Below, in pieces: positions 37,212 through 46,363 of a stretch of DNA of 64,000 nt (the stretch's first letter is position 1; the number at the start of each line of letters is the position of its first letter). Under the pieces are notes generated by a model, which was given only the letters and a program-made list of their open reading frames with translations, did no database searches and was not told where the DNA came from. The stretch lies in NCBI GenBank assembly GCA_049177215.1, contig CP185379.1:2921549-2985548 (forward strand). Direction: 5' to 3'. Source of the stretch: Candidatus Pollutiaquabacter aromativorans (GTDB lineage Bacteria; Bacteroidota; Bacteroidia; AKYH767-A; 2013-40CM-41-45). Made by a program: the position numbers and the translations under genes.

Positions 37212-40037
37212 ATGCGTACTTCCCTCTGCCTGCTCCTGCTGTTTCTACTTTTACCACTTTTCCTTTCAGCCCAATCTCATTCCGTCAGCGGCAAGCTGTC
37301 CGGATCCGATGGCAGCGCGTTGATTGGCGCCTCCGTCATTCTGCAACGACTTCCCGACTCCTCCTTCGTAGCAGGAACGGTTACGGATGCAACCGGCAAT
37401 TTCTCGCTCCTGGCACCCCGGCCTGGAGACTATGTTATCAAACTCGCGTTTGTCGGCTTCGAAGATCTTTTCATTCGACGAAACATCACTACGAACATCG
37501 AATTAGGGACCCTGAAGCTGCGCGACAAAGCCACGGTCTTATCGACTGTCAATATTGTAGAACTCACGCCTCCCGCGCTCCAGAAAGGCGACACCACCGA
37601 ATACAACAGTAAAGCGTTCAAGACACAGCCCGATGCCAATGCCGAGGACCTGGTAACAAAAATGCCGGGCATCCAACAAGGAACCGACGGCAAGGTGCAG
37701 GCGCAGGGCGAAAACGTGCAACGCGTGTTGGTCGACGGCAAGCCGTTCTTTGGCGACGATCCCAATGCCGTGCTGAAGAATCTGCCGGCGGAAGTCATTG
37801 ACCGTATTCAGGTCTTCGATCAACGCAGTGATCAGAGTCAGTTCACCGGATTTGACGACGGCAACAGCTTAAAGACGCTCAACATCATTACGAAGCCGCA
37901 GTTCCGCGACGGTGTTTTCGGACGCGCATTCGCCGGGGCAGGAACCGAAGACCGCTGGAAAGGCGGCGCTACCGTCAACCTCTTCAACAAGAATCGTCGC
38001 CTCACTTTCCTGCTAAACGGCAATAACATCAACGAGCAAAACTTCTCTACCGAGGATCTGCTGGGTGTGATGAGCGGTAGCAGTAACAATAACCGGCCGC
38101 AAGGTATGCGCGGGGGTTTCGGTGGACGTGGAGGCGGGCGCGGGCGCGGAGGTGAAAACTTCTATAACCCGGCTGACAATTTCCTCGTCGATCAGCGAAA
38201 CGGCATCAGCACCACACAATCGTTCGGTGTGAACTATGCCAATAAATGGAAAACAGTCGATGCCAGTTTCAGCTACTTCTTCAACCGGAGTGAAAACGAA
38301 GCGGTTTCAGACCTCTATCGAACCTACATCACGGCGGAGAACAGTGACCTGGCCTACATGGAGACCTCGAACACCAATTCGATCAACCTGAACCATCGCT
38401 TCAGTTCGCGCGTGGAATGGAAACTCGACTCCCTCAATTCATTCATCATCCAGCCGAAGTTCTCTCTTCAGCATAATGAGGGGGACCGGGTCTTGCTCGG
38501 AAGCAACATTTCCGGTTCATCGATTACCGGTTTCACCGACACGCAGAATGGCTCTGATCTGGACGGGATCAACACCAGCGTTTCGCTCCTCTGGCGCCAC
38601 AGTTTCCAAAAACGTGGTCGCTCGCTAAGCCTTTCCATGACGCCAGGCTTTAACAATCAAAAGGGGAATAACTATCTGCTCTCCTTACTCGACAGCTACA
38701 ACGATACGCTCGCGGCAGACAAAACCGATCAGGTCGGAAGAATCGACAAGCAAGGTCTTACCCTGAACACACAAGTGAACTATACTGAACCACTGAGCGA
38801 ACGCAGCCAACTTCAAGTCAGCTATGGCGGAAATTACCAACGGAACACCTCCGACAAAGCGACGTTCAACTATGTGGCGGCCACACGCGACTACATCGAC
38901 AAAGACTCGAGCCTTTCCAACAACTTCCGAACGGAGTATGTTTCGCATCAGGGCGGACTGACCTATCGATACAACAAACAAAAGTGGAACCTGGGTATCG
39001 GCGCCAACTATCAGCAGGCATCGCTTGACAACACGTTCATTGATCCCGAGCGAGAACCGGTTGCCCGCAACTTTTCCTCCGTTTTGCCGAACGCTTTCTT
39101 CCAGTACCGATTCAGTCAGCGTAAAAGCCTGCGGGCGAATTATCGCTCGAACAATAACGCCCCGACAGCCGACCAATTACAATCCGTCATCAACAACAGC
39201 AATCCCCTGCAACTCACTTCCGGCAACCCGGACTTGTCGCAGGACTTTCAAAACAATCTCAGCATTCGCTATTCGGCGGTGAATACCGAGAAGAATTCGT
39301 CTTTCTTCGCCTTGCTTGCAGGCTCCTACACGTTCGATTATATCGGCAACAGCACCTTTGTCGCGTTTTCTGACACCGTTCTGAGCAGCACGGTCACACT
39401 TGCCAGCGGATCCCAGTACACTCGTCCGGTTAACCTTGACGGTTACTACAACCTGCGTTCGTTCATGAATTACAGCTTTCCGGTGAAATTCCTGAAGTCC
39501 AACCTCAACCTGAACGCGTCTCTTAACTACAACCTGACACCGAGCCTGATCAACGAGTTGAAAAACGAAGCGGGCAGCGGCACCTACGGCGCCGGCGTGT
39601 TACTCAGCAGTAACATCAGCGAGAAAGTGGACTTCAGCATCGGCACTAATTTTTCCTACAATTCCCTGCACAATACCCTACAGGCTTCTGCCGACAACGA
39701 ATACTACTCACAAACCAGCAGGGCCAAAATCCAGGTGATGCCGTGGAAAGGGCTGGTCCTGCTTTCGGAGTGGAACTATACGTACAACACGGGGCTTAGC
39801 AGCAGCATCAACCAGAACATCCTCTTGTGGAATGCCGGGATCGGATACAAATTCGGCAAGGACCGTGCATTCGACTTGCGACTGACGGCCTTCGACCTGC
39901 TCGAAGAAAACACCAGTGTAACCCGTACCACCACGGATACCTATTTTGACGATAGCCGTACGAACATCCTGCAACGGTATTTCATGCTGACACTGACCTA
40001 TAATTTCAAGAAATTCCGCGAAGCGGAAGGACAGTGA
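37212..40037 (+). CDS. outer-membrane beta-barrel protein similar to TonB-dependent receptors, with an N-terminal carboxypeptidase-regulatory-like domain
   Basis: A signal peptide is present. The sequence SGKLSGSDGSALIGASVIL is CarbopepD_reg-like. A plug-like region follows. The length is 941 aa and the C-terminus ends in an aromatic-rich beta-barrel. Confidence 0.7.
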   Translation: MRTSLCLLLLFLLLPLFLSAQSHSVSGKLSGSDGSALIGASVILQRLPDSSFVAGTVTDATGNFSLLAPRPGDYVIKLAFVGFEDLFIRRNITTNIELGTLKLRDKATVLSTVNIVELTPPALQKGDTTEYNSKAFKTQPDANAEDLVTKMPGIQQGTDGKVQAQGENVQRVLVDGKPFFGDDPNAVLKNLPAEVIDRIQVFDQRSDQSQFTGFDDGNSLKTLNIITKPQFRDGVFGRAFAGAGTEDRWKGGATVNLFNKNRRLTFLLNGNNINEQNFSTEDLLGVMSGSSNNNRPQGMRGGFGGRGGGRGRGGENFYNPADNFLVDQRNGISTTQSFGVNYANKWKTVDASFSYFFNRSENEAVSDLYRTYITAENSDLAYMETSNTNSINLNHRFSSRVEWKLDSLNSFIIQPKFSLQHNEGDRVLLGSNISGSSITGFTDTQNGSDLDGINTSVSLLWRHSFQKRGRSLSLSMTPGFNNQKGNNYLLSLLDSYNDTLAADKTDQVGRIDKQGLTLNTQVNYTEPLSERSQLQVSYGGNYQRNTSDKATFNYVAATRDYIDKDSSLSNNFRTEYVSHQGGLTYRYNKQKWNLGIGANYQQASLDNTFIDPEREPVARNFSSVLPNAFFQYRFSQRKSLRANYRSNNNAPTADQLQSVINNSNPLQLTSGNPDLSQDFQNNLSIRYSAVNTEKNSSFFALLAGSYTFDYIGNSTFVAFSDTVLSSTVTLASGSQYTRPVNLDGYYNLRSFMNYSFPVKFLKSNLNLNASLNYNLTPSLINELKNEAGSGTYGAGVLLSSNISEKVDFSIGTNFSYNSLHNTLQASADNEYYSQTSRAKIQVMPWKGLVLLSEWNYTYNTGLSSSINQNILLWNAGIGYKFGKDRAFDLRLTAFDLLEENTSVTRTTTDTYFDDSRTNILQRYFMLTLTYNFKKFREAEGQ

Positions 40038-40040
40038 GGC

Positions 40041-40160
40041 AGGGGTTGGGGGTTTCGGGTTCCCGGTTTCGCGTTTGTTCTGAACTAATTCAACCTGAAT
40101 ATTCCAGAGCTCGAAACCCGGAACCCAAAACCCGGAACTTCCAACCAATTCAACATCGGT
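40041..40160. repeat. palindromic heptamer-repeat element (GGTTGGG GGTTTCG GGTTCCC GGTTTCG ... CGAAACC CGGAACC CAAAACC CGGAACT TCCAACC)
   Basis: Read directly from the sequence. It sits at the 3' end of the OM protein gene. Confidence 0.85.
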
Positions 40161-40287
40161 ATATTCCACCATTTCGTCGGTCATTCCTCATGGTAGTTCC
40201 CGAAAAGGTTAAACCTTTGTGAACGATTGAAATCCAAGGAAGCCGCTACCTTAGCTGGAAGCGGTTCCACCGTCTAACCAACCACAC

Positions 40288-42627
40288 ATGAAGAAATTTA
40301 CTGCGATCCTGCTTGTTTTTGCAGGATTCCTGGGCGCGACCGATAGCCGCGGCCAGGGAATGCCGGATGAGATGTACCTGTCTCCGGACGGGCGAACACT
40401 CTATACCGGCGGACAGGCTCCCAGCGGCTTGTATGAACCCTACCTGGTCCGTCGGGTCGATCTGCAATTCTCACAGTCCAACTACTGGACGCTGCTGACC
40501 CAGGGTTATCAGAATCACACCGACCTGCCTGCGACCATGATCGTCGATGGTGTGACCTACGATAGCGTGGGTGTCCGCTTCAAGGGACAGACTTCCTACA
40601 ATACCGGGAGCTCCCAAAAGAAGTCATTCAATATCACGACCAATTCCTTCGTATCCGGTCAGGACCTCATGGGGTATCAGATCCTGAATTTCAACAACGC
40701 GTTTCAGGATGAATCCTTCCTTCACGAAGTCATTTACCAGCACCAGATCCGTCGGCATATTCCGTCGGCCAAATCGAACTTCATTAAACTCTATATCAAC
40801 GGCGGCAACTGGGGACTCTACCCCAACGTGCAGCAACTGAATAAAGAGTTTCTGAAAGAATGGTTCCTGACCAACGACGGTTCCAACTGGCGCGCTGACC
40901 GTCCGCCGGGATCCGGTGGCGGCGGCGGCGGTGGCTGGGGCGATGGTACCGCGGCCATGAACTACCGCGGTCCGGACAGTACCGACTACCAGCCTTATTA
41001 TACCCTGAAGTCATCGACCAAGCCGCAACCCTGGGATGACCTGGTGCACACCTGCGATGTGCTGAACAACACGGCAGCCGGCGACCTCGATTCCTTGTTG
41101 CCTGCCGTGCTGGATGTGGACCGCACCTTATGGCATCTCGGTTCGGAGATCCTGTTCTCCGACGATGACAGCTACGTCTACAAGGGAAAGATGGATTACT
41201 ATACTTTTTACGAGATCGAGACCGGTCGCATGACGCCGCTGGAGTATGACGGAAACAGCGTCATGGAATCCATGGCTCAGAATTGGAGCGTGTTTTACAA
41301 TGCCAACAACGCTAATTATCCATTGTTGAATCGTCTGCTCAACAATGCCGAGTGGCGTCAGCGTTACCTCGCCCATTTCCGTACCCTCATCCAGGATGAA
41401 ATGGACACGACGACGCTCTTTCCGTTGATCGACGATTATGTAAGCCTGATCGACACCATCGTTCAGAACGACCCGAAGAAACTGTACAGCTATGCCCAGT
41501 TTCAAACCGGGGTGGCAGGTGTCAAATCGTTCATCCGAAATCGTCGCAGCTATGTACTCAGCAATTCCGAGGTGAACCGCCCGGTGCCCAGCCTGAGCAA
41601 TGCAGCCTGGTCGGTAGCCGGCACATCCTTCGGTCGCCCGAACGCGGGTCAGTCGGTGGATGTACAGGTCGAAGCATCCGCTACGGCCGGAATCCAGACG
41701 GTGAACCTGTATTACGCGAGCGGCATCGTCGGCAACTTCGCCAAGACGAGCATGTATGATGACGGGGCACACAACGACGGCGCTGCCGGCGACGGCGTTT
41801 GGGGCGGAACGATCCCGGGCTTTGATGCAGGCTTCTGGGTTCGGCACTATTTTGAAGCGGTTGCAGCGGATGCTTACAATACCGTCAGCTATCTGCCTGC
41901 CGGAGCCGAACACGATGTGTTCGTTTATCAGGTCAACCTCGAACGTGCAACGGATACGAGCGTAGTGATCAACGAAGTGATGGCGATCAACCAGAGCACC
42001 ATCACGGATTCCGCCGGACAGTACGAAGACTGGATCGAATTGTACAACAACGGTTCACAGGCTGTCGACCTGAGCGGATACTGGCTCACCGACAACGCCT
42101 TCAACCTGCGCAAGTGGCAGATGCCTGCGGGTACCACCATCCTGCCGAACGAGTACCTCATCATCTGGGCCGATGAAGACGGCGGCCAGGGTGACTACCA
42201 TTGCAACTTCAAACTTTCGGCATCAGGCGAAGATCTGTTGCTCATCAACCCTGCCGGGCAGTTGGTGGATGAAGTGCTCTTCGGACAACAGACAGCCGAT
42301 CAGGGATATGCCCGCGTACCGAACGGAACCGGTCCGTTCGTGATCCAGGATCCGACCTTCGGAGCGAACAACAACCTGAGTACGGAGGTTTCCACACTGG
42401 ATGCTCCCGTGCGACTGCTCGTTTATCCGAATCCGGCCAACGGCTACGTAACCATCGCGGGCAAGAACCGAAACGGCGAACTCGTGGAGGTATACGACAT
42501 GGTCGGTCGTGCCGTATTCAGCGGACGCATGCAGGAGACGCTGACCATCGACACCCAGTCGTGGACGGCGGGCATCTACACCCTGCGCTGCGGTTCCGAA
42601 TCGCGCAAGCTACTGGTCAAGCATTGA
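40288..42627 (+). CDS. CotH family protein with a lamin-tail domain and a T9SS C-terminal sorting domain
   Basis: A signal peptide is present. The CotH-like core includes YNTGSSQKKSFNI and LHEVIYQ. The LTD reads VINEVMAINQS..YEDWIELYNNGSQAVDLSGYWLTDN..LIIWAD. The CTD reads LVYPNPANGYVTIAG...GIYTLRCGSE. Confidence 0.65.
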   Translation: MKKFTAILLVFAGFLGATDSRGQGMPDEMYLSPDGRTLYTGGQAPSGLYEPYLVRRVDLQFSQSNYWTLLTQGYQNHTDLPATMIVDGVTYDSVGVRFKGQTSYNTGSSQKKSFNITTNSFVSGQDLMGYQILNFNNAFQDESFLHEVIYQHQIRRHIPSAKSNFIKLYINGGNWGLYPNVQQLNKEFLKEWFLTNDGSNWRADRPPGSGGGGGGGWGDGTAAMNYRGPDSTDYQPYYTLKSSTKPQPWDDLVHTCDVLNNTAAGDLDSLLPAVLDVDRTLWHLGSEILFSDDDSYVYKGKMDYYTFYEIETGRMTPLEYDGNSVMESMAQNWSVFYNANNANYPLLNRLLNNAEWRQRYLAHFRTLIQDEMDTTTLFPLIDDYVSLIDTIVQNDPKKLYSYAQFQTGVAGVKSFIRNRRSYVLSNSEVNRPVPSLSNAAWSVAGTSFGRPNAGQSVDVQVEASATAGIQTVNLYYASGIVGNFAKTSMYDDGAHNDGAAGDGVWGGTIPGFDAGFWVRHYFEAVAADAYNTVSYLPAGAEHDVFVYQVNLERATDTSVVINEVMAINQSTITDSAGQYEDWIELYNNGSQAVDLSGYWLTDNAFNLRKWQMPAGTTILPNEYLIIWADEDGGQGDYHCNFKLSASGEDLLLINPAGQLVDEVLFGQQTADQGYARVPNGTGPFVIQDPTFGANNNLSTEVSTLDAPVRLLVYPNPANGYVTIAGKNRNGELVEVYDMVGRAVFSGRMQETLTIDTQSWTAGIYTLRCGSESRKLLVKH

Positions 42628-42640
42628 TCACCACCCTGAT

Positions 42641-42675
42641 AAAAAAAGCCCGCTCAGTTGAGCGGGCTTTTTTTA
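42641..42675. terminator. bidirectional rho-independent terminator
   Basis: The hairpin is aaaaaaaGCCCGCTCAgttgAGCGGGCttttttt. It lies between convergent genes. Confidence 0.85.
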
Positions 42676-43356
42676 TCACTTTCCCGGGTAGAGTTTCGCA
42701 TGCCACCTCACCATAGCCTTCGAAATTTCCGCCGGATTACCCATGCGTTGTTGCTTGTCTGGGCCGAAGAAGATGAACTCACCGGTCAGCAGGTCCAGGT
42801 TCTCCATCAATTCCCGCATGTACAGATCGTGAATGGTGGCGTTCTCACTGCCGGGAATATCATGCGGCGTACGCTCCATGATCTCCAGGAAGAAGCGGCC
42901 ACTGACCCTGTTCTCTTCCACGCGCCGACCATTCCTCAGTTTTTTATCATTGATCAACAAACCGATTCTGGCCCGGGTCAACCGTGCCTGGAGCGCCTTA
43001 ATACGAACGTCGGGGTTGCAATGGACCGCCAGCGCCGTCAACGTAGCGACCAGATCATGCCGTGAACAATAATCGATCACCTCTTCGCCCTGCATCAGGT
43101 GCCTGAAATTCGCAGGAGATACTTCAACAAATAAAAGAGATAGGGAATCGGAACGATTGAATTCATCCTGCATCAACGCTAAGACCGGATCGGTGACGGC
43201 AATAGGCTTCGGATAATCCCAATAACGGTTGGTGGTGTCGACCAGAACCGCTTCCACCATGCTCCTGAACCCGGGAGTAACTTGCGCGCGTGTTATCAGC
43301 GAACCGGTTGATAGCGCCAGCAAGCAGACAATCCGAAGTAACGTGATCCTTGACAT
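42676..43356 (-). CDS. hypothetical secreted protein
   Basis: A signal peptide MSRITLLRIVCLLALSTGSLITRAQ is present. The length is 226 aa. Confidence 0.5.
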   Translation of the reverse strand: MSRITLLRIVCLLALSTGSLITRAQVTPGFRSMVEAVLVDTTNRYWDYPKPIAVTDPVLALMQDEFNRSDSLSLLFVEVSPANFRHLMQGEEVIDYCSRHDLVATLTALAVHCNPDVRIKALQARLTRARIGLLINDKKLRNGRRVEENRVSGRFFLEIMERTPHDIPGSENATIHDLYMRELMENLDLLTGEFIFFGPDKQQRMGNPAEISKAMVRWHAKLYPGK

Positions 43357-43557
43357 CCGTTGAATAAATTAAAGGAATTAAACCACTGGTCTGCTATAGC
43401 GTCCAATATATTCGTGTCTTTTGTACAAACTTCGTGCCTGCTCAAGTTGTTAAGGCATATTTCCGCCTGCAACTGAAAAATGCCACCATTGCCTGAGAGC
43501 TACTCCACGAAAGACAATATTGATCGTATAACTTCCGAACCAGCATCCTGCGATACC

Positions 43558-44847
43558 ATGCGCTTCACGATCCTGTTACTACTTCTTCTGATCAAGCTTC
43601 CGGTAAACGGTCAAGCCTTGTATTTCCCGCCTCTGACGGGAACAAACTGGGACACCATTTCTCCCGCTTCGCTCGGCTGGTGTACGCAGTACGTCGATAC
43701 GATCGCGGACTTCAACGCTCAACGAGGCAGCAAAGCTTTTCTCATTCTCAAAGACGGTAAGATCGCCGTAGAACAGTACTATGGAACCTTTACCCGCGAT
43801 AGCCTTTGGTACTGGGCATCTGCCGGAAAAACCCTTACCTCTTTCCTGACGGGTATTGCACAAGAGGAAGGTTATCTCGACATCACCCGCCCGACGTCCG
43901 ATTACCTGGGTACCGGCTGGACCAGCGCACCGCTCGCGAAAGAGCAATTGATCACAGTGCGCAACCAATTGACCATGACCTCCGGTCTTGACGATCTCAC
44001 CGGCGATCCGTATTGCACGCTACCCTCCTGTCTGCAATACGAAGCGGATGCCGGCACGCGCTGGGCTTACCATAATGCACCGTACACGCTGCTGGATACA
44101 GTGATCGAGTCTGCAACCGGACAGAATTTCAACACGTACTTCAACTCCCGTATCCGGAACCGGATCGGTATGAACGGATTCTGGTTCCCGAACGGTTACA
44201 ACAACATTTACGGGAGTACGGCGCGCAGCATGGCACGATTCGGTTTGCTCATGCTCAATCGCGGTATCTGGGACCAGGATACGTTGTTGCACGACACAGC
44301 TTACTATCATGCGATGATCAACACCTCGCAGAACCTGAACAAATCGTACGGTTACCTCTGGTGGCTGAACGGAAAACAATCGTTCATGCTGCCCTATTCG
44401 CAGTTCGTCTTCGGCGGTTCCTTATCTCCGGACGCCCCTTCCGATATGTATTCGGGAATTGGAAAAAACAGCCAGGTAGTCAGCGTGATCCCCAGCCAGC
44501 AGATGGTCATCATCCGGATGGGAAATTCGCCCGACACCAATGACGTCTCGCTGATCTACGTCAACGAATTGTGGGAGGAGCTGAACAAACTGTTCTGCAC
44601 ACCCACAGGCATGCACGATCCCGTCAGTCGCTCCTTTGCACTTTATCCTAATCCCGCTAATGATGCGGTAATGATTCGTGGAGCGGCGGAAGATACTCGA
44701 ATCAGTGTCTACGACCTGGAAGGAGTTCTTCTGAAAGCGACCATAGGGAACACTTTCTCCGTCCGGCATTTTTCGCCCGGGATCTACCTGGTCAGTATTA
44801 CATTAAAAGATGGATCTCGAAGCATGCATCGACTGGCGATTGAATGA
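43558..44847 (+). CDS. serine hydrolase of the beta-lactamase family with a T9SS C-terminal sorting domain
   Basis: A signal peptide is present. The SxxK motif is WASAGKT. The C-terminus reads ALYPNPANDAVMI...GIYLVSITLKDGS. Confidence 0.7.
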   Translation: MRFTILLLLLLIKLPVNGQALYFPPLTGTNWDTISPASLGWCTQYVDTIADFNAQRGSKAFLILKDGKIAVEQYYGTFTRDSLWYWASAGKTLTSFLTGIAQEEGYLDITRPTSDYLGTGWTSAPLAKEQLITVRNQLTMTSGLDDLTGDPYCTLPSCLQYEADAGTRWAYHNAPYTLLDTVIESATGQNFNTYFNSRIRNRIGMNGFWFPNGYNNIYGSTARSMARFGLLMLNRGIWDQDTLLHDTAYYHAMINTSQNLNKSYGYLWWLNGKQSFMLPYSQFVFGGSLSPDAPSDMYSGIGKNSQVVSVIPSQQMVIIRMGNSPDTNDVSLIYVNELWEELNKLFCTPTGMHDPVSRSFALYPNPANDAVMIRGAAEDTRISVYDLEGVLLKATIGNTFSVRHFSPGIYLVSITLKDGSRSMHRLAIE

Positions 44848-44934
44848 TTACGGGAACCAGATAACCACAAAGGACACCGAGTACACACAGAGGATCACAG
44901 TGAAAAAGTGATGGTGGAGAGCGGGGGCGATAGA

Positions 44935-45065
44935 AACTGGTGGCTGGTAACTGGTAACTAGTAATTAGTAATTAGTGATTGGTGATTAATAATCAATAAC
45001 AGTTTACTATTCGCTATTCGCTATTCACTGTTTACTGTTCACTATTCACTGTTCACTGTTCACTC
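44935..45065. repeat. heptamer tandem arrays (CTGGTAA)x2, (TAGTAAT)x2, (TGATTGG)x2, (TATTCGC)x2 and (TGTTTAC/TATTCAC/TGTTCAC)x6, abutting the tolC 3' end
   Basis: Read directly from the sequence. Confidence 0.85.
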
Positions 45066-45067
45066 CC

Positions 45068-46363
45068 CTACTCCGGCAACCGATTCATCAACCGCTTCAA
45101 CTCCGTTTCCGCCAGCTTGGCTGTATAACGAACATTAGCAAGTGAAGCGGCTGTGGCTTCGTAGCTGGCCTGTGCGGCACGGAGGTCGAGTACGGTAGCC
45201 TGGCTGGTAGCGAATCGTTGCGAAAGGATATCCAGCAGGCGTCGCGAGAGTTGTTCGTTTTCTTCCTGCAAGCCGACTTGCTCGAGTGCTGTCCGATAGG
45301 CGGCATAGGTCTTCAAGGCCTCTGACAACAAACCCTGTTCGACGTTCTGTTGTTGTATCCGGGCGTTCTCGGTTTGCAACTTCGCTACGCGGTGCTGTCG
45401 TTCGAACGCCCCGCCGTTATAGATAGGTACTTGCAAGCTGAGTCCGATGTTCGGGCCGTAACTCTGGTTGATGAGCGAGAACCCGGCTTCGCTCTGGCTA
45501 CGCTGGAAATTGTAACCACCGTTGAGCCGCAGACTTGGGAGCCGTTGCGCGTTGATCTCCCGTTCGAGCTGTTCGTTGATCACCACCAGCGCACCGGCTG
45601 CTACGTAGTCCGGATTCCGTTGCAAATACGAGCGTACGGAATCCTGCCGGATGCTTTGATCGAGCATGAGCGAATCCGTCGGTGAAAGGGTCGAGTCGCC
45701 CGGTACGGCAAGCAACCTCGACAGGTCCAGCTTAGCCTGGCGGATCGCCAATTGTTGTGCGCTCAGCGCTTGCTCGGCGGCATTCAGATCGATGCGCGCC
45801 TGAAAAAGGTCGGCGTCATTGGCCAGCCCGACCCGCGCCCGTGTTTCCAACACCTTGACACGCTCCGCAACGAAATCCCGGCTGCGTGTAAGCGCCTGTC
45901 CCACCTGCTCCTGCCGCTGAACGTCGTAGTAGCGACCGATCACCGCGGCCAAGGTGCTTTGTATTTGCGACAACAACTGAGCGTCACCCGCTTCTTGCAG
46001 CCGGGCGAGTCGCTCGCGCGTGGCGCTGATGCGATACCCATTGAAAAGGGTATAGGAAACGGCGAGGGCGCCGTTCATCGTATTGCCGGCAGCGCCGTCG
46101 CGCTCGATGATCGTACCGTTGGCGAGTTTTTGATAGATGTTGGTACTCTGCTGCACATCGCCTCCCGACAGGTTCACGGTCGGCAGTGCGCCTGCCACAC
46201 CCGGATGGTTGTTCCATTCGGCCGCCTCCGCATTGTTCCTGGCCAGACGGACTTCGAGGTTGTTCTGCAAGGCACGATCCATCGCTTCCTTCAGTGAAAG
46301 GCCGGTTTGTCCCGTTGCAAACACCGGGAAGAAAAGCAGGATCAGGAGTCGTTTCAACTTCAT
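45068..46363 (-). CDS. TolC family outer-membrane efflux protein
   Basis: A signal peptide is present. The two-repeat TolC architecture is present. It is the last gene of the efflux operon. Confidence 0.8.
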   Translation of the reverse strand: MKLKRLLILLFFPVFATGQTGLSLKEAMDRALQNNLEVRLARNNAEAAEWNNHPGVAGALPTVNLSGGDVQQSTNIYQKLANGTIIERDGAAGNTMNGALAVSYTLFNGYRISATRERLARLQEAGDAQLLSQIQSTLAAVIGRYYDVQRQEQVGQALTRSRDFVAERVKVLETRARVGLANDADLFQARIDLNAAEQALSAQQLAIRQAKLDLSRLLAVPGDSTLSPTDSLMLDQSIRQDSVRSYLQRNPDYVAAGALVVINEQLEREINAQRLPSLRLNGGYNFQRSQSEAGFSLINQSYGPNIGLSLQVPIYNGGAFERQHRVAKLQTENARIQQQNVEQGLLSEALKTYAAYRTALEQVGLQEENEQLSRRLLDILSQRFATSQATVLDLRAAQASYEATAASLANVRYTAKLAETELKRLMNRLPE

